From: an uncultured Actinomycetota bacterium
Lineage (GTDB): Bacteria > Actinomycetota > Actinomycetes > Propionibacteriales > Nocardioidaceae
DNA: 64,000 nucleotides
NCBI GenBank assembly: GCA_963818365.1
Contig: CAWFRT010000005.1
Location: forward strand, 4,920-68,919
Reading direction: 5' to 3'
The notes under the pieces: generated by a model
Told to the model about the DNA's origin: nothing
The model's input: the letters and a program-made list of their open reading frames with translations, nothing else
The model's database searches: none
Program-made: the position numbers and the translations under genes
In this document: piece by piece, positions 1-8,684 of the stretch
Layout: each line of letters begins with the position of its first letter
How positions within the stretch are numbered: position 1 is the first letter of the stretch

Positions 1-251
1 ACCCGGCGGACGGGTTTGCCTTCGGCGTAATAGGTCGCCATCGAGGTGTTGTCGATGTCAAAGTTGATGGCCAACATGGTGCCGCCCGCGGCGACCCGGT
101 CGTCGACATAGTGACCAGACCCGGCCATCGCCACGCGGACGTCGTGGCGCCACTCCCGTTTGGAGGGCATCGAGTCACCGGCGTACGCCGAAGGAGTAGC
201 GGCGAAGAAGGTCAGCAGACAGATGGCGACGGTGAGCACTCGACGGGTCAT
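1..251 (-). CDS. Secreted HAD-family (class B-like) acid phosphatase, runs off the window edge
   Basis: Manual translation MTRRVLTVAICLLTFFAATPSAYAG...LAINFDIDNTSMATYY: signal peptide plus DxD motif; not in ORF track because it is partial. Confidence 0.7.
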   Translation of the reverse strand, partial: MTRRVLTVAICLLTFFAATPSAYAGDSMPSKREWRHDVRVAMAGSGHYVDDRVAAGGTMLAINFDIDNTSMATYYAEGKPVRR

Positions 252-398
252 GCCTCGATCCTCCCGTGCCGGTCGTCGAACGCCAAGCGCCAGGCATGGG
301 TCGACGGACCCAGGGCACGAGGTGGCGGGTGCGTTTGACAGGTCAAGTTTCGATCTAGACCTGTCAAACACTCCCGCCGACGTCGTACGACGTGGTGC

Positions 399-839
399 TT
401 AGCTTTCGAGCGCGGCGTCCAGGGTGATCTCGACTCCGGTGAGGGCTTTGCTGATCGGGCACGTTTCCTTGGCGGCCTGGGCGGTGGCGACAAATGTCTC
501 CGCATCCATGCCCTCGACCTCGCCGCGAACGGTGAGGGCGATGCCGGTGAGTCGGAAGCCGCCAGCAGGATCCGCGCCAAGCGAGACATCGGCCTGGACA
601 TCGAGCGAGATGGGAGTGCCTCCGGCCTCGGCGATCAGTGCGGAGAACTGCATCGCGTAGCAAGAGGAGTGAGCCGCGGCCACGAGCTCTTCGGGGCTGG
701 TGGTGCCGTCGGCGTTGTCGGCTGCCCGCTTCGGGAACGACACATCGAAAGTTCCGACACCGGAGCTGCTGAGCTCGACCTGACCGGAACCATCTGCCAG
801 GCCGCCGTTCCAGGCGGTGCGTGAGGTGCGTGTAGGCAT
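399..839 (-). CDS. OsmC/Ohr-family peroxiredoxin
   Basis: MPTRTSRTAWNG start, TSPEELVAAAHSSCYAM and CPISKAL two-Cys motifs. Confidence 0.92.
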   Translation of the reverse strand: MPTRTSRTAWNGGLADGSGQVELSSSGVGTFDVSFPKRAADNADGTTSPEELVAAAHSSCYAMQFSALIAEAGGTPISLDVQADVSLGADPAGGFRLTGIALTVRGEVEGMDAETFVATAQAAKETCPISKALTGVEITLDAALES

Positions 840-893
840 GCGATTGCTCTCTTTCGGTTGGGGTGCGCTGACCCCAGTGAACACCTTAATTAA

Positions 894-905
894 CTTGTGC
901 ACAAG
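894..905. promoter_or_regulatory. Probable MarR/OhrR operator
   Basis: Perfect palindrome CTTGTGCACAAG in the AT-rich gap between divergent osmC and MarR genes. Confidence 0.55.
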
Positions 906-969
906 ATACCTGTCCACAAGTTACACTCGAGGTGTGGAAACACGGTTGCATCGCGCCTGTTGTGAGCCG

Positions 970-1389
970 GTGTTAGCCGACCTGCTCTGCTTTGATCTGT
1001 ACGCCGCGTCGCGGACGTTGACGCAGCGCTATCGCCCACTGCTCGACAAGCACGGGCTGACCTATCCGCAATGGCTAGTGTTGGTCGAACTTTGGAGTGC
1101 CTCGCCCCGAACGGTGAAGGATCTGGGCTCTGACCTGCTGCTCGATCACGGCACTCTCACACCGCTCTTGCGACGAATGGAAGCCAATGGCTTGATTCGG
1201 CGCGAGCGTTCGTTGACTGATGAGCGCTTTGTCGAAGTGTCCCTCACCGCATCGGGGGAAGCCCTGCGTGGAGAGGCGGCCGCCATCCACTGCGAGATCG
1301 GCGAGTCCCTTGGGCTCACCAGCGCCCAGGTGGTCGCGCTGCAGCGCACGCTACGAAAGATCGCTGGCCGCAACCATGTCCGAAGCTGA
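970..1389 (+). CDS. MarR-family regulator, OhrR-like
   Basis: LCFDLYAASR (OhrR-type reactive Cys), GLTYPQWLVL, winged-helix; divergent from osmC. Confidence 0.88.
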   Translation: MLADLLCFDLYAASRTLTQRYRPLLDKHGLTYPQWLVLVELWSASPRTVKDLGSDLLLDHGTLTPLLRRMEANGLIRRERSLTDERFVEVSLTASGEALRGEAAAIHCEIGESLGLTSAQVVALQRTLRKIAGRNHVRS

Positions 1390-1424
1390 CCTTGATGAAG
1401 CCGGATAAGCCGGCGAAGACCGGA

Positions 1425-1497
1425 GGTTTCGAGACGCTCGCTGCGCTCGCTCCTCAACCACCAAGGGAACGCTCGAGACGCCTCGCTCCTCAACCAC
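1425..1497 (+). repeat. REP-like element (GGTTTCGAGACG...CTCCTCAACCA) plus a partial second copy
   Basis: Same head and tail as copies at 3495, 17075, 37056, 40290 and 58000. Confidence 0.8.
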
Positions 1498-1524
1498 CGA
1501 GACGGCGGCCCGTAGGCTGGCGGG

Positions 1525-2262
1525 GTGCGTGAGGACCGTTCTCTGATCCTGAGAGCGCTCGCGCCACGATTCATCGGCATCCACCTCCTAGCGATCGTGC
1601 TGGTGGGTCTGGCGGTGGGCCTGGGCTCGTGGCAATACTCGGCCTACCAAGCAGACCGCAACGCCGCGGCAAGGTCGCTGATCGACGCAAAGCCGGTCCC
1701 GATCGCAGAGGTGTTTGGTCCTGACGACCCCTTTCCGGGCAACGACAACGGCAGACCACTTGAGGTCACCGGCGAGTGGTTGCCTCTGGCCACGCTGATG
1801 GTGGCGAACCGCGAAAAGTCAGTCGAAGACGACACCCTGGGCTATTGGATCGTCACGCCCATCGCGGTGGGAGGGCCCGACGGTGCCGCTTTCCCCGTCG
1901 TCATCGGCTGGGCCGAAGAGCCGACCTTAGAACGCGAGTTGCCGCAAGGAGCGGCTGACGTCGTCGCATGGCTGCAACTCCCCGAAGCCGGCGTGGATCC
2001 GGACGAGGACCCCGCAGACAACGTCGTACCCACCCTCCGCATTGCGGAATTCGTCCAACGGCTCGACCGCGATGCCTATGGCGGGTTTGGCATCGCGACG
2101 ATGCCAGCAGCCGGACTCGAGCCGGTCGACGTGAATCAAGAGACCCAAGCCGACTGGTCCACCGGAGCGCGGAACCTGTTCTATGCCTTCGAGTGGTGGT
2201 TCTTCGGCGGCTTTGCGGTCTTCGCCTGGTGGCGCTACCTGCGTGATGAACTCAGCGAGTAG
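1525..2262 (+). CDS. SURF1-family membrane protein
   Basis: N-terminal TM with LGSWQ, C-terminal RNLFYAFEWWFF. Confidence 0.85.
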   Translation: MREDRSLILRALAPRFIGIHLLAIVLVGLAVGLGSWQYSAYQADRNAAARSLIDAKPVPIAEVFGPDDPFPGNDNGRPLEVTGEWLPLATLMVANREKSVEDDTLGYWIVTPIAVGGPDGAAFPVVIGWAEEPTLERELPQGAADVVAWLQLPEAGVDPDEDPADNVVPTLRIAEFVQRLDRDAYGGFGIATMPAAGLEPVDVNQETQADWSTGARNLFYAFEWWFFGGFAVFAWWRYLRDELSE

Positions 2263-2311
2263 CGTGACGTGGCCGCAGCAGTTGATAGGGCCGGGCCGGT
2301 AGGTTTGGCGC

Positions 2312-2647
2312 GTGCGCAACCTCTACTCCGTCTACCGAATCCTCGCCTGGATTGTCGGTGTCCTACTCACCGTTGGCACGTTTGTCGCCTTGCCGTTGAA
2401 GTACCTGACCCCCGACGGCTCGACCCTGCAACAGTTCGGTGAAGCCCTGTGGCCGCTGTGGATCATTCACGGTTGGGTTTACATGGTCTATCTCGTGGTG
2501 GCGTTCTTTTTGGCCCGCAAAGCGCGGTGGACCCTGCCGTTCACGCTGCTGATGTTGTTGGCCGGGACGGTGCCAATTCTGATCTTTATCGTTGAACGCC
2601 GTGTCGCCACGAAGATGTTGACCGAACACCCCGAGTTCGTGGCCTAA
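2312..2647 (+). CDS. DUF3817-like small membrane protein
   Basis: YRILAWIVG, HGWVYMVYL, LLAGTVP pattern; follows SURF1 as commonly seen in Actinobacteria. Confidence 0.8.
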   Translation: MRNLYSVYRILAWIVGVLLTVGTFVALPLKYLTPDGSTLQQFGEALWPLWIIHGWVYMVYLVVAFFLARKARWTLPFTLLMLLAGTVPILIFIVERRVATKMLTEHPEFVA

Positions 2648-2651
2648 GCCA

Positions 2652-3476
2652 GTGCTGACGACTGCGTTCGTCCTGGGTGGCGGCGGGGTGCTGGGCGCGG
2701 TCGAAGTGGGCATGCTCCGAGCCTTGCTCGAGCGCCAGATCATTCCCGACTTGGTGTTGGGCACGAGCGTCGGCGCCCTGAACGGCGCTTTCGTGGCCAG
2801 TGACCCGACTCTTGCGGTGACTGATCGATTGGTCGAGTTGTGGTCAGAAGCGTCCCAAACCGGTGATGTGTATGGCGACCGCCCACTGAAGACTATGCGA
2901 CGAGCCGTCTCTAGCCGCACCCACATTTACTCGTCAGACGGCCTTCGCACGCGCTTGGCGGAGGCGTTTGGTGATGTTCTTCTCGAGGACCTGCCAGTGC
3001 GCTTCCAGGTCTGCGCGGCCAGCATCGAGCGAGCCGCCGAGCATTGGTTCGAGACCGGCTCGGTCGTAGATGCGGTGTTGGCCAGCGCGGCCGTTCCCGG
3101 CCTCCTTCCGCCCGCCAAGGTTGGCGATGAACATTTCCTTGACGGTGGGATCGTGAACTCGATCCCGCTTGGGCGCGCCGTACAGCTGGGGGCTCAGCGG
3201 ATCTTCGTGCTCCAGGTGGGCCGCATCGATCGCCCGTTGGCAGCCCCCCACAACCCGTTTGAGGTCGCCCGGGTCTCCTTCGAGATCGCGCGCCGACACC
3301 GGTTCAACCGTGAGTTGGCCGAGGTGCCCGAAGGCGTCGAGGTCCATGTGCTGCCCGCGGCCGGCACTTCCAGCAAAGACGACTCCGTGTTTGCCTACCG
3401 TGATTTCTCGGCCGTTCTGAAGAAGATCGATGCCACCGCTCAAGCTTGCCGGTCATACCTCGACGACCTTGGCTGA
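2652..3476 (+). CDS. Patatin-like phospholipase
   Basis: GGGGVLG, GTSVG nucleophile elbow, DGG motif. Confidence 0.93.
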   Translation: MLTTAFVLGGGGVLGAVEVGMLRALLERQIIPDLVLGTSVGALNGAFVASDPTLAVTDRLVELWSEASQTGDVYGDRPLKTMRRAVSSRTHIYSSDGLRTRLAEAFGDVLLEDLPVRFQVCAASIERAAEHWFETGSVVDAVLASAAVPGLLPPAKVGDEHFLDGGIVNSIPLGRAVQLGAQRIFVLQVGRIDRPLAAPHNPFEVARVSFEIARRHRFNRELAEVPEGVEVHVLPAAGTSSKDDSVFAYRDFSAVLKKIDATAQACRSYLDDLG

Positions 3477-3494
3477 GGAGGTCGGTTGAGGCGG

Positions 3495-3531
3495 TTGGTT
3501 GAGGAGGTCGCGCAGCGACCGTCTCGAAACC
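3495..3531 (-). repeat. REP-like element
   Basis: Reverse complement reads GGTTTCGAGACGGTCGCTGCGCGACCTCCTCAACCAA. Confidence 0.85.
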
Positions 3532-3601
3532 TGCTGAGCCAAGAGGCCGCTCGGACCACCTAACCGAGCAAATTGCCAACTTTGGACGCCAAAAGTGGGA
3601 G

Positions 3602-3865
3602 TTAGCTGGCCCGAGTGGCCCCAGCACACGCGAGTGGCGTGCCGTCGCGATAGGTGACTGGGCCGTGGTTTCCGAAGGTGTCGAAGCGGACTTCGGGCGA
3701 ATCTCCGGCGCCATAGCCAAAAGTAAGCACGAGCACGTCGTCGGTGATTTCGCACGAGGCAAAGCGTTGTGGGGCATCACGTGTCAGCGCGAAGTAGCCA
3801 ACCGTCGCGACAAGGAGAAGCGAGCCGGCCAGCCCCGCAAACGCAAGCCTTCGGTATGACGCCAC
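3602..3865 (-). CDS. Small hypothetical exported/membrane protein
   Basis: N-terminal hydrophobic stretch; ORF only. Confidence 0.45.
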   Translation of the reverse strand: MASYRRLAFAGLAGSLLLVATVGYFALTRDAPQRFASCEITDDVLVLTFGYGAGDSPEVRFDTFGNHGPVTYRDGTPLACAGATRAS

Positions 3866-3894
3866 CAGGTGAGTGTAGGCACTAGGTTCAGCCT

Positions 3895-4908
3895 GTGACC
3901 CGAGTCCTCCAGCGAGTGGTGCTGTCGCCGTTGCTGGTGGCCCTCACGGTGTTGCTGTGGGTGACCCTGCCGCTGTGGATGTTGATTGCCGCCGCGTTTT
4001 CGCCTTTGCTGCCCGGCCACTGGCGGGTGTTGCGGGTGGCCTGGCTGGCGGTTCTTTATCTCACCTGCGAGGCGGTCTTGCTGGTGACTCTGTTTGGGCT
4101 CTGGGTGGCTTCCGGCTTCGGCCTGCGGATTCGTACGCCGTACTTCGAAGGCATCCACTATGAGCTGGTGCAGATGGCCATGTGGGTCTTCTTCACCGAG
4201 GCCAGGCGGGTGATCAAACTCGAGATTGAAACCGTCGGCCCGACCCCCAATGCTTTCCCGGGCCGTCCGTTGCTGGTGTGTTGCCGCCACGCCGGGCCGG
4301 GCGATTCGTTCACCTTGATCCACGCGTTGATGAGTTGGTATGGCCGCGAGCCACGCGTCGTACTCAAGGACACGCTGGCGTGGGATCCCGCCATTGGGGT
4401 GATCCTGCATCGCTTGCCGGCCAGGTTCATCTCGCCGAATCCCAAGGCGGGCAACGACGTCGAATCGCAGATCCGGGAACTGGCTCAGGGCCTGGACCAC
4501 AATGATGCGTTCGTGATTTTTCCTGAAGGTGGCAATTTCACACCTGCCCGCCGCGAACGCGGGATCGCGCGACTGCGCAAGCTCGGCTTGGAGAAGATGG
4601 CTGTTCGAGCCGAGAACATGACTAGCGTGCTCGCCCCACGACCGGGCGGGTTTCTGGCGGCCTTGGACGCCGCGCCAGATGCCGACGTAATCATCGTTGC
4701 CCACACCGGCATGGACCACGTACTCACCATCGGTGACATTTGGCAGTCCCTGCCGATGGACAAGAGGATCATCATGCGCTGGTGGCAGGTGCCTCGGGCT
4801 GAGATTCCCGAGGGACGTGACGAGCGAATCGAGTGGCTGTTTGCCTGGTGGGAGCAGGTTGACGATTGGATCCAGGAGCATCGTCCGCAGGATCTTGGGG
4901 ATCGCTAG
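3895..4908 (+). CDS. PlsC-type 1-acyl-sn-glycerol-3-phosphate acyltransferase family
   Basis: RHAGPGDS (HxxxxD), IFPEGG, N-terminal TM helices. Confidence 0.88.
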   Translation: MTRVLQRVVLSPLLVALTVLLWVTLPLWMLIAAAFSPLLPGHWRVLRVAWLAVLYLTCEAVLLVTLFGLWVASGFGLRIRTPYFEGIHYELVQMAMWVFFTEARRVIKLEIETVGPTPNAFPGRPLLVCCRHAGPGDSFTLIHALMSWYGREPRVVLKDTLAWDPAIGVILHRLPARFISPNPKAGNDVESQIRELAQGLDHNDAFVIFPEGGNFTPARRERGIARLRKLGLEKMAVRAENMTSVLAPRPGGFLAALDAAPDADVIIVAHTGMDHVLTIGDIWQSLPMDKRIIMRWWQVPRAEIPEGRDERIEWLFAWWEQVDDWIQEHRPQDLGDR

Positions 4909-4932
4909 CGGCTGGAACTGCCACCTAAGTGT

Positions 4933-5334
4933 CTAGGCGGAAGGCCCTTGGGTGCTCGCTTCGGAGTCGGCTGCCTCGGCAGCAGTGGTGGCCGCGTCAC
5001 TTGAGTCAGTTGGCGTCAGGTCCGGCGTCGGCGGAGTGTATGACGACTCCCAGTTGTCGCTCGCGCTGCCGCTTTGTAGGCGCTTCCAGAGAATCGCGGC
5101 CGCGGCCGCGATGCCACCAAGGAGCAACAATCCCAGCCAAGTGCCGGCGCGCTTACGTCGTGGCTTGGCGGGTTTCGAATCAGTCGCCTCGAGGCTGGGG
5201 TCGACTGCCTGAGCAGCCGGGGTTTCGTCGTCGGATGAGAATGCTGCAGCCAACACCGAATTGACCTGTGGCAGGACGACCTCGGCGATCTCTGCGGCCG
5301 TGTCCATAAAAGATTTGGTCTTGTCGCTAGCCAT
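4933..5334 (-). CDS. Hypothetical single-TM protein
   Basis: GGAGG RBS before ATG; basic patch, then TM, then acidic low-complexity tail. Confidence 0.65.
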   Translation of the reverse strand: MASDKTKSFMDTAAEIAEVVLPQVNSVLAAAFSSDDETPAAQAVDPSLEATDSKPAKPRRKRAGTWLGLLLLGGIAAAAAILWKRLQSGSASDNWESSYTPPTPDLTPTDSSDAATTAAEAADSEASTQGPSA

Positions 5335-5553
5335 TTCGGGCTCCTCCATCACAATGGTGTCAAGCGCTCTTCACTGCTCAAGCGTAGTTGCTGGCAATCT
5401 GGTCGACCCAATCTGCCGGGCCAAGTTTCTAGCCCAAACCTCTGGCCGGGCGCCGCAAGTCTTGGCCAGCATGGCAGGATCGTGGTGCGACGAGCCAGCG
5501 ACCACTCGTTGGACGTCCCCCGAAACAGACCCATACCCACGTGAAAGGCAGTC

Positions 5554-6066
5554 ATGGCTGACCTGCAAGCAACCCTGAAGACTAACCAGGGTGACATCAC
5601 CATCAATCTCCTTCCCAACCACGCACCAGCAACCGTCGAAAACTTCGTCGGTCTGGCCGAGGGAACCAAGGACTACAACTCCGGCAACGGTCGCACCGGC
5701 AAGTTCTATGACGGCCTCGGGTTCCACCGAGTCATTGAGGGTTTCATGATCCAGGGCGGCTGCCCGCTGGGCACCGGCACTGGCGGCCCGGGCTATACGT
5801 TCAAGGACGAACCCCACCCCGAGTTGATCTTCGATCGCCCCTATCTCTTGGCCATGGCCAACGCTGGTCCGGGCACCAATGGTTCGCAGTTCTTTGTCAC
5901 CTTGGCGCCCACCACTTGGTTGAATCGCAAGCACACCATCTTTGGTGAAGTTGCCGACCAGGCCTCTCGCGACGTGGTCGACGCCATCGGTGCGACGCGG
6001 GTCGGCGGCGGCGACAAGCCGGTCGAGCCGGTCATCATCGAAACAGTGGAAATCACCCGATCCTGA
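5554..6066 (+). CDS. ppiA: Cyclophilin-type peptidyl-prolyl isomerase
   Basis: FHRVIEGFMIQGG, AMANAGPGTNGSQFF, HTIFG. Confidence 0.97.
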   Translation: MADLQATLKTNQGDITINLLPNHAPATVENFVGLAEGTKDYNSGNGRTGKFYDGLGFHRVIEGFMIQGGCPLGTGTGGPGYTFKDEPHPELIFDRPYLLAMANAGPGTNGSQFFVTLAPTTWLNRKHTIFGEVADQASRDVVDAIGATRVGGGDKPVEPVIIETVEITRS

Positions 6067-6118
6067 CGGCTCGGATGTCAGCTTGACCTATGAACCGTGA
6101 ACCTATGAGCCGAGATCA

Positions 6119-7045
6119 ATGACCGAGCCGCCCGCCGCTGAGTCGACCTCGCAACCGCCCGTGGGACAGACGTGTTATCGGCATGCTGACCGAGAGACCT
6201 ATATCCGGTGTCAGCGCTGCGATCGCCCAATTTGTCCTGATTGCATGCTGGACGCTTCGGTGGGTTTTCAGTGCCCGAATTGCGTCAACGAGGGTGTGAA
6301 GTCGACGCGGCCGATTCGTACGACGTATGGCGGGGTGCGGCGCGGCAACCCCGCCATCACGTCGTTCGTGCTGATTGGCATCAACGTGTTTGTGTGGGCC
6401 GCGATCATGGCCACCGGTGGCAAAGAGAGTCCATTGGTCAGGTTGTTCGCCATCAAACTGGGTGGCTATTGCGTCGAAGAGCCGCGGGTGCCCGAGCAGA
6501 TCTGCAACATCGGTGGGCTTACGTGGAGCGATGGCGTCGACACCGGTGCCTATTGGCAGGTGATGACGAGCGTCTTCACCCACGAAGATGTGCTCCACAT
6601 CGCGTTCAACATGTTTGCGCTCTATCTCCTCGGACCGCAGTTGGAGGCGCTCATCGGGCGCGCACGTTTTCTCGCGCTCTATCTTCTTTCCGGTCTCGGC
6701 GGTTCCGTCGCGGTGCTGTGGCTTTCGCAACCCTATGGCCAAACCGTGGGTGCGTCCGGAGCGATCTTCGGCCTGATGGCGGGACTCGCTCTGGCCATCT
6801 GGAAGCGGGGAGGCAACCCCCAACCGATCCTGATCTGGATCCTGATCAACGTGATGATCACGTTCACTGGGCGCAACATTTCGTGGCAAGGCCATCTTGG
6901 CGGTTTCCTGACTGGCCTCGCAGTCATTGGCGTGATCACCTACGCCCCCCGCGAAAACCGCTCGCAGTACCAGGTGGCTGGCCTTACCGCGATCGGCGTA
7001 CTCCTTGTGCTGGCCATCTTCGTCCGCACCGCCACCTTCGCCTAG
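6119..7045 (+). CDS. Rhomboid intramembrane serine protease with N-terminal zinc-finger-like region
   Basis: CYRH...CQRCDRPICPDC, HIAFNM, GASGA, GHLGG. Confidence 0.95.
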   Translation: MTEPPAAESTSQPPVGQTCYRHADRETYIRCQRCDRPICPDCMLDASVGFQCPNCVNEGVKSTRPIRTTYGGVRRGNPAITSFVLIGINVFVWAAIMATGGKESPLVRLFAIKLGGYCVEEPRVPEQICNIGGLTWSDGVDTGAYWQVMTSVFTHEDVLHIAFNMFALYLLGPQLEALIGRARFLALYLLSGLGGSVAVLWLSQPYGQTVGASGAIFGLMAGLALAIWKRGGNPQPILIWILINVMITFTGRNISWQGHLGGFLTGLAVIGVITYAPRENRSQYQVAGLTAIGVLLVLAIFVRTATFA

Positions 7046-7086
7046 CCCGCCTGCTCGCGTTTGCGGGCTTCTTGCGGGCCGGTGTC

Positions 7087-7174
7087 GTTTCATCAAGGTA
7101 TGTAGGTGAGCCCTCACTTACCCATGTCTGCAGACCCCGGGAAGTGCAGCTTCGCCTGCATACCTTGATGAAAC
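7087..7174. repeat. 88-bp element with 20-bp inverted ends
   Basis: GTTTCATCAAGGTATGTAGG (7087-7106) vs CCTGCATACCTTGATGAAAC (7155-7174), 19/20 complementary. Confidence 0.75.
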
Positions 7175-7319
7175 TCCAGGGACCAGCCGCAGAGAGGCGC
7201 GGGACCGGCAGCCTAAGCAACGGGTTACACCAGTGTAATTCTCCACAGGTTTCTCCCCAGCTGTGGAAACAGGGGTACGCCGGGTGGAGGAGCCTCGAAA
7301 AGCTGGACTGATGGTGCCT

Positions 7320-7408
7320 GACCCACTCCCAGCGGGCGGCTTACTTCCGAGGGGCGCCCTACTCCCAGCAGGCGCCCTACTCCAGCGGGTGCCTTACTCC
7401 CAGCGGGT
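7320..7408. repeat. Five degenerate ~18-bp tandem units, the last containing the crgA stop codon
   Basis: Units GACCCACTCCCAGCGGGC / GGCTTACTTCCGAGGGGC / GCCCTACTCCCAGCAGGC / GCCCTACTCCAGCGGGT / GCCTTACTCCCAGCGGGT. Confidence 0.7.
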
Positions 7409-7858
7409 GGCGAAAGTGAAGCCCACGGCCATCAGCGCGATGCCGGCCAGGAGGTTCCAATTGCCGAGATCGTTCATAACCGGGATGTCTGAGAGATCGT
7501 TGCTGAAGACGTAGTAGGTGCAGATCCAGAGCAGGCCGATCAGGAAGCAGCCGAGCATCCCGACCACGACCCCACGACCGCGACCTAGCGGCGTCGACGG
7601 GTGAGCGCAGAGCGTGAGCCCGACCATCAAGGCACCCAAGCCGATGGCGTAGTTCCACTTCTTCAGATCGACAATGAACGCTGGACCGTCAGCCTTGACC
7701 CCCACCGCACTCGGGTCAACGCGGACGACGGTGTAGTAGTAGGCAGCCCACGCCAGACCAGCGATGATCAGCAACAGCGCGAGGACAAACCGCACGCTGA
7801 ATAGCCGTCCGCTGCTGGTGGGGTCTGCGAAAGCCTGACTCGCCTTAGGCTTGGACAC
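7394..7858 (-). CDS. crgA: Cell division protein CrgA
   Basis: C-terminal LGNWNLLAGIALMAVGFTFATRWE; canonical position next to DUF881. Confidence 0.9.
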   Translation of the reverse strand: MSKPKASQAFADPTSSGRLFSVRFVLALLLIIAGLAWAAYYYTVVRVDPSAVGVKADGPAFIVDLKKWNYAIGLGALMVGLTLCAHPSTPLGRGRGVVVGMLGCFLIGLLWICTYYVFSNDLSDIPVMNDLGNWNLLAGIALMAVGFTFATRWE

Positions 7859-7914
7859 GTGAGCTCCTCTAGATCGGTTCGGCGGATTACACGCCGCGGG
7901 CTAGCGTAGTCGCC

Positions 7915-8664
7915 ATGAGCAGCAACAGGTGGCGCTGGGGGACACCACTGATCCTTATCCTCTGCGGCGCGCTCTTCCCGATCAGCCGGGCAAACAGTGA
8001 TGGTGATGACTTGCGCCCCGGTCGATACACCGATCTGGCTGCCCTGACGAGCGCCGAGAAACAGTCTGTCGACCTGTTGACCGAACGTGCGGCTGCACTT
8101 AATGACGAGGTTACCAATCTCACGGCCGGTCTCAAGGATGTTCGAGTACGCCGTGAGCAACGCCAGGGTGAGTTGTTGAAGGATCCGGCCGGGTTGACGG
8201 AGCGAAGCGGCCCCGGCATCACCGTCATCCTCTCCGATGCCCCCGAGGAGGTCCGGGCGTCATCGACCAAAGAACCCAACGATCTTGTCGTGCACCAACA
8301 AGACATCCAATCGGTGGTCAACGCGATGTGGCAGGCCGGTGCCACTGCGGTGACCGTCGCCGGTCAGCGGATCGTCAGCACCACCGGCATTTCGTGTGAA
8401 GGCAACGCCGTAGTCATCCAGGACGTGCCCTATCCCCAGCCCTACGTCATCTCCGCAGTGGGTGACCAGGCCGCCATCGTGGCCGCGATTGATGCCCAAG
8501 CCCGCCTATCGGCCTATCGCTTTCAAGCCACCGACCCCGAGATTGCGATTGGCTGGCAACTCATCGAGGAAGCCGAAGTGGTGGCACCCGCGTTCGACGG
8601 CCTCATCGACATCTCGTTTGCCACGCCGATGGAAGTCAGCGACGGCAAAGAAGAATTGAAGTAG
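7915..8664 (+). CDS. DUF881 family protein
   Basis: VVHQQDIQSVVNAMWQAGA and QRIVSTT motifs; divergent from crgA. Confidence 0.9.
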   Translation: MSSNRWRWGTPLILILCGALFPISRANSDGDDLRPGRYTDLAALTSAEKQSVDLLTERAAALNDEVTNLTAGLKDVRVRREQRQGELLKDPAGLTERSGPGITVILSDAPEEVRASSTKEPNDLVVHQQDIQSVVNAMWQAGATAVTVAGQRIVSTTGISCEGNAVVIQDVPYPQPYVISAVGDQAAIVAAIDAQARLSAYRFQATDPEIAIGWQLIEEAEVVAPAFDGLIDISFATPMEVSDGKEELK

Positions 8665-8684
8665 GCCGAGCTTCACGTAGCCCC

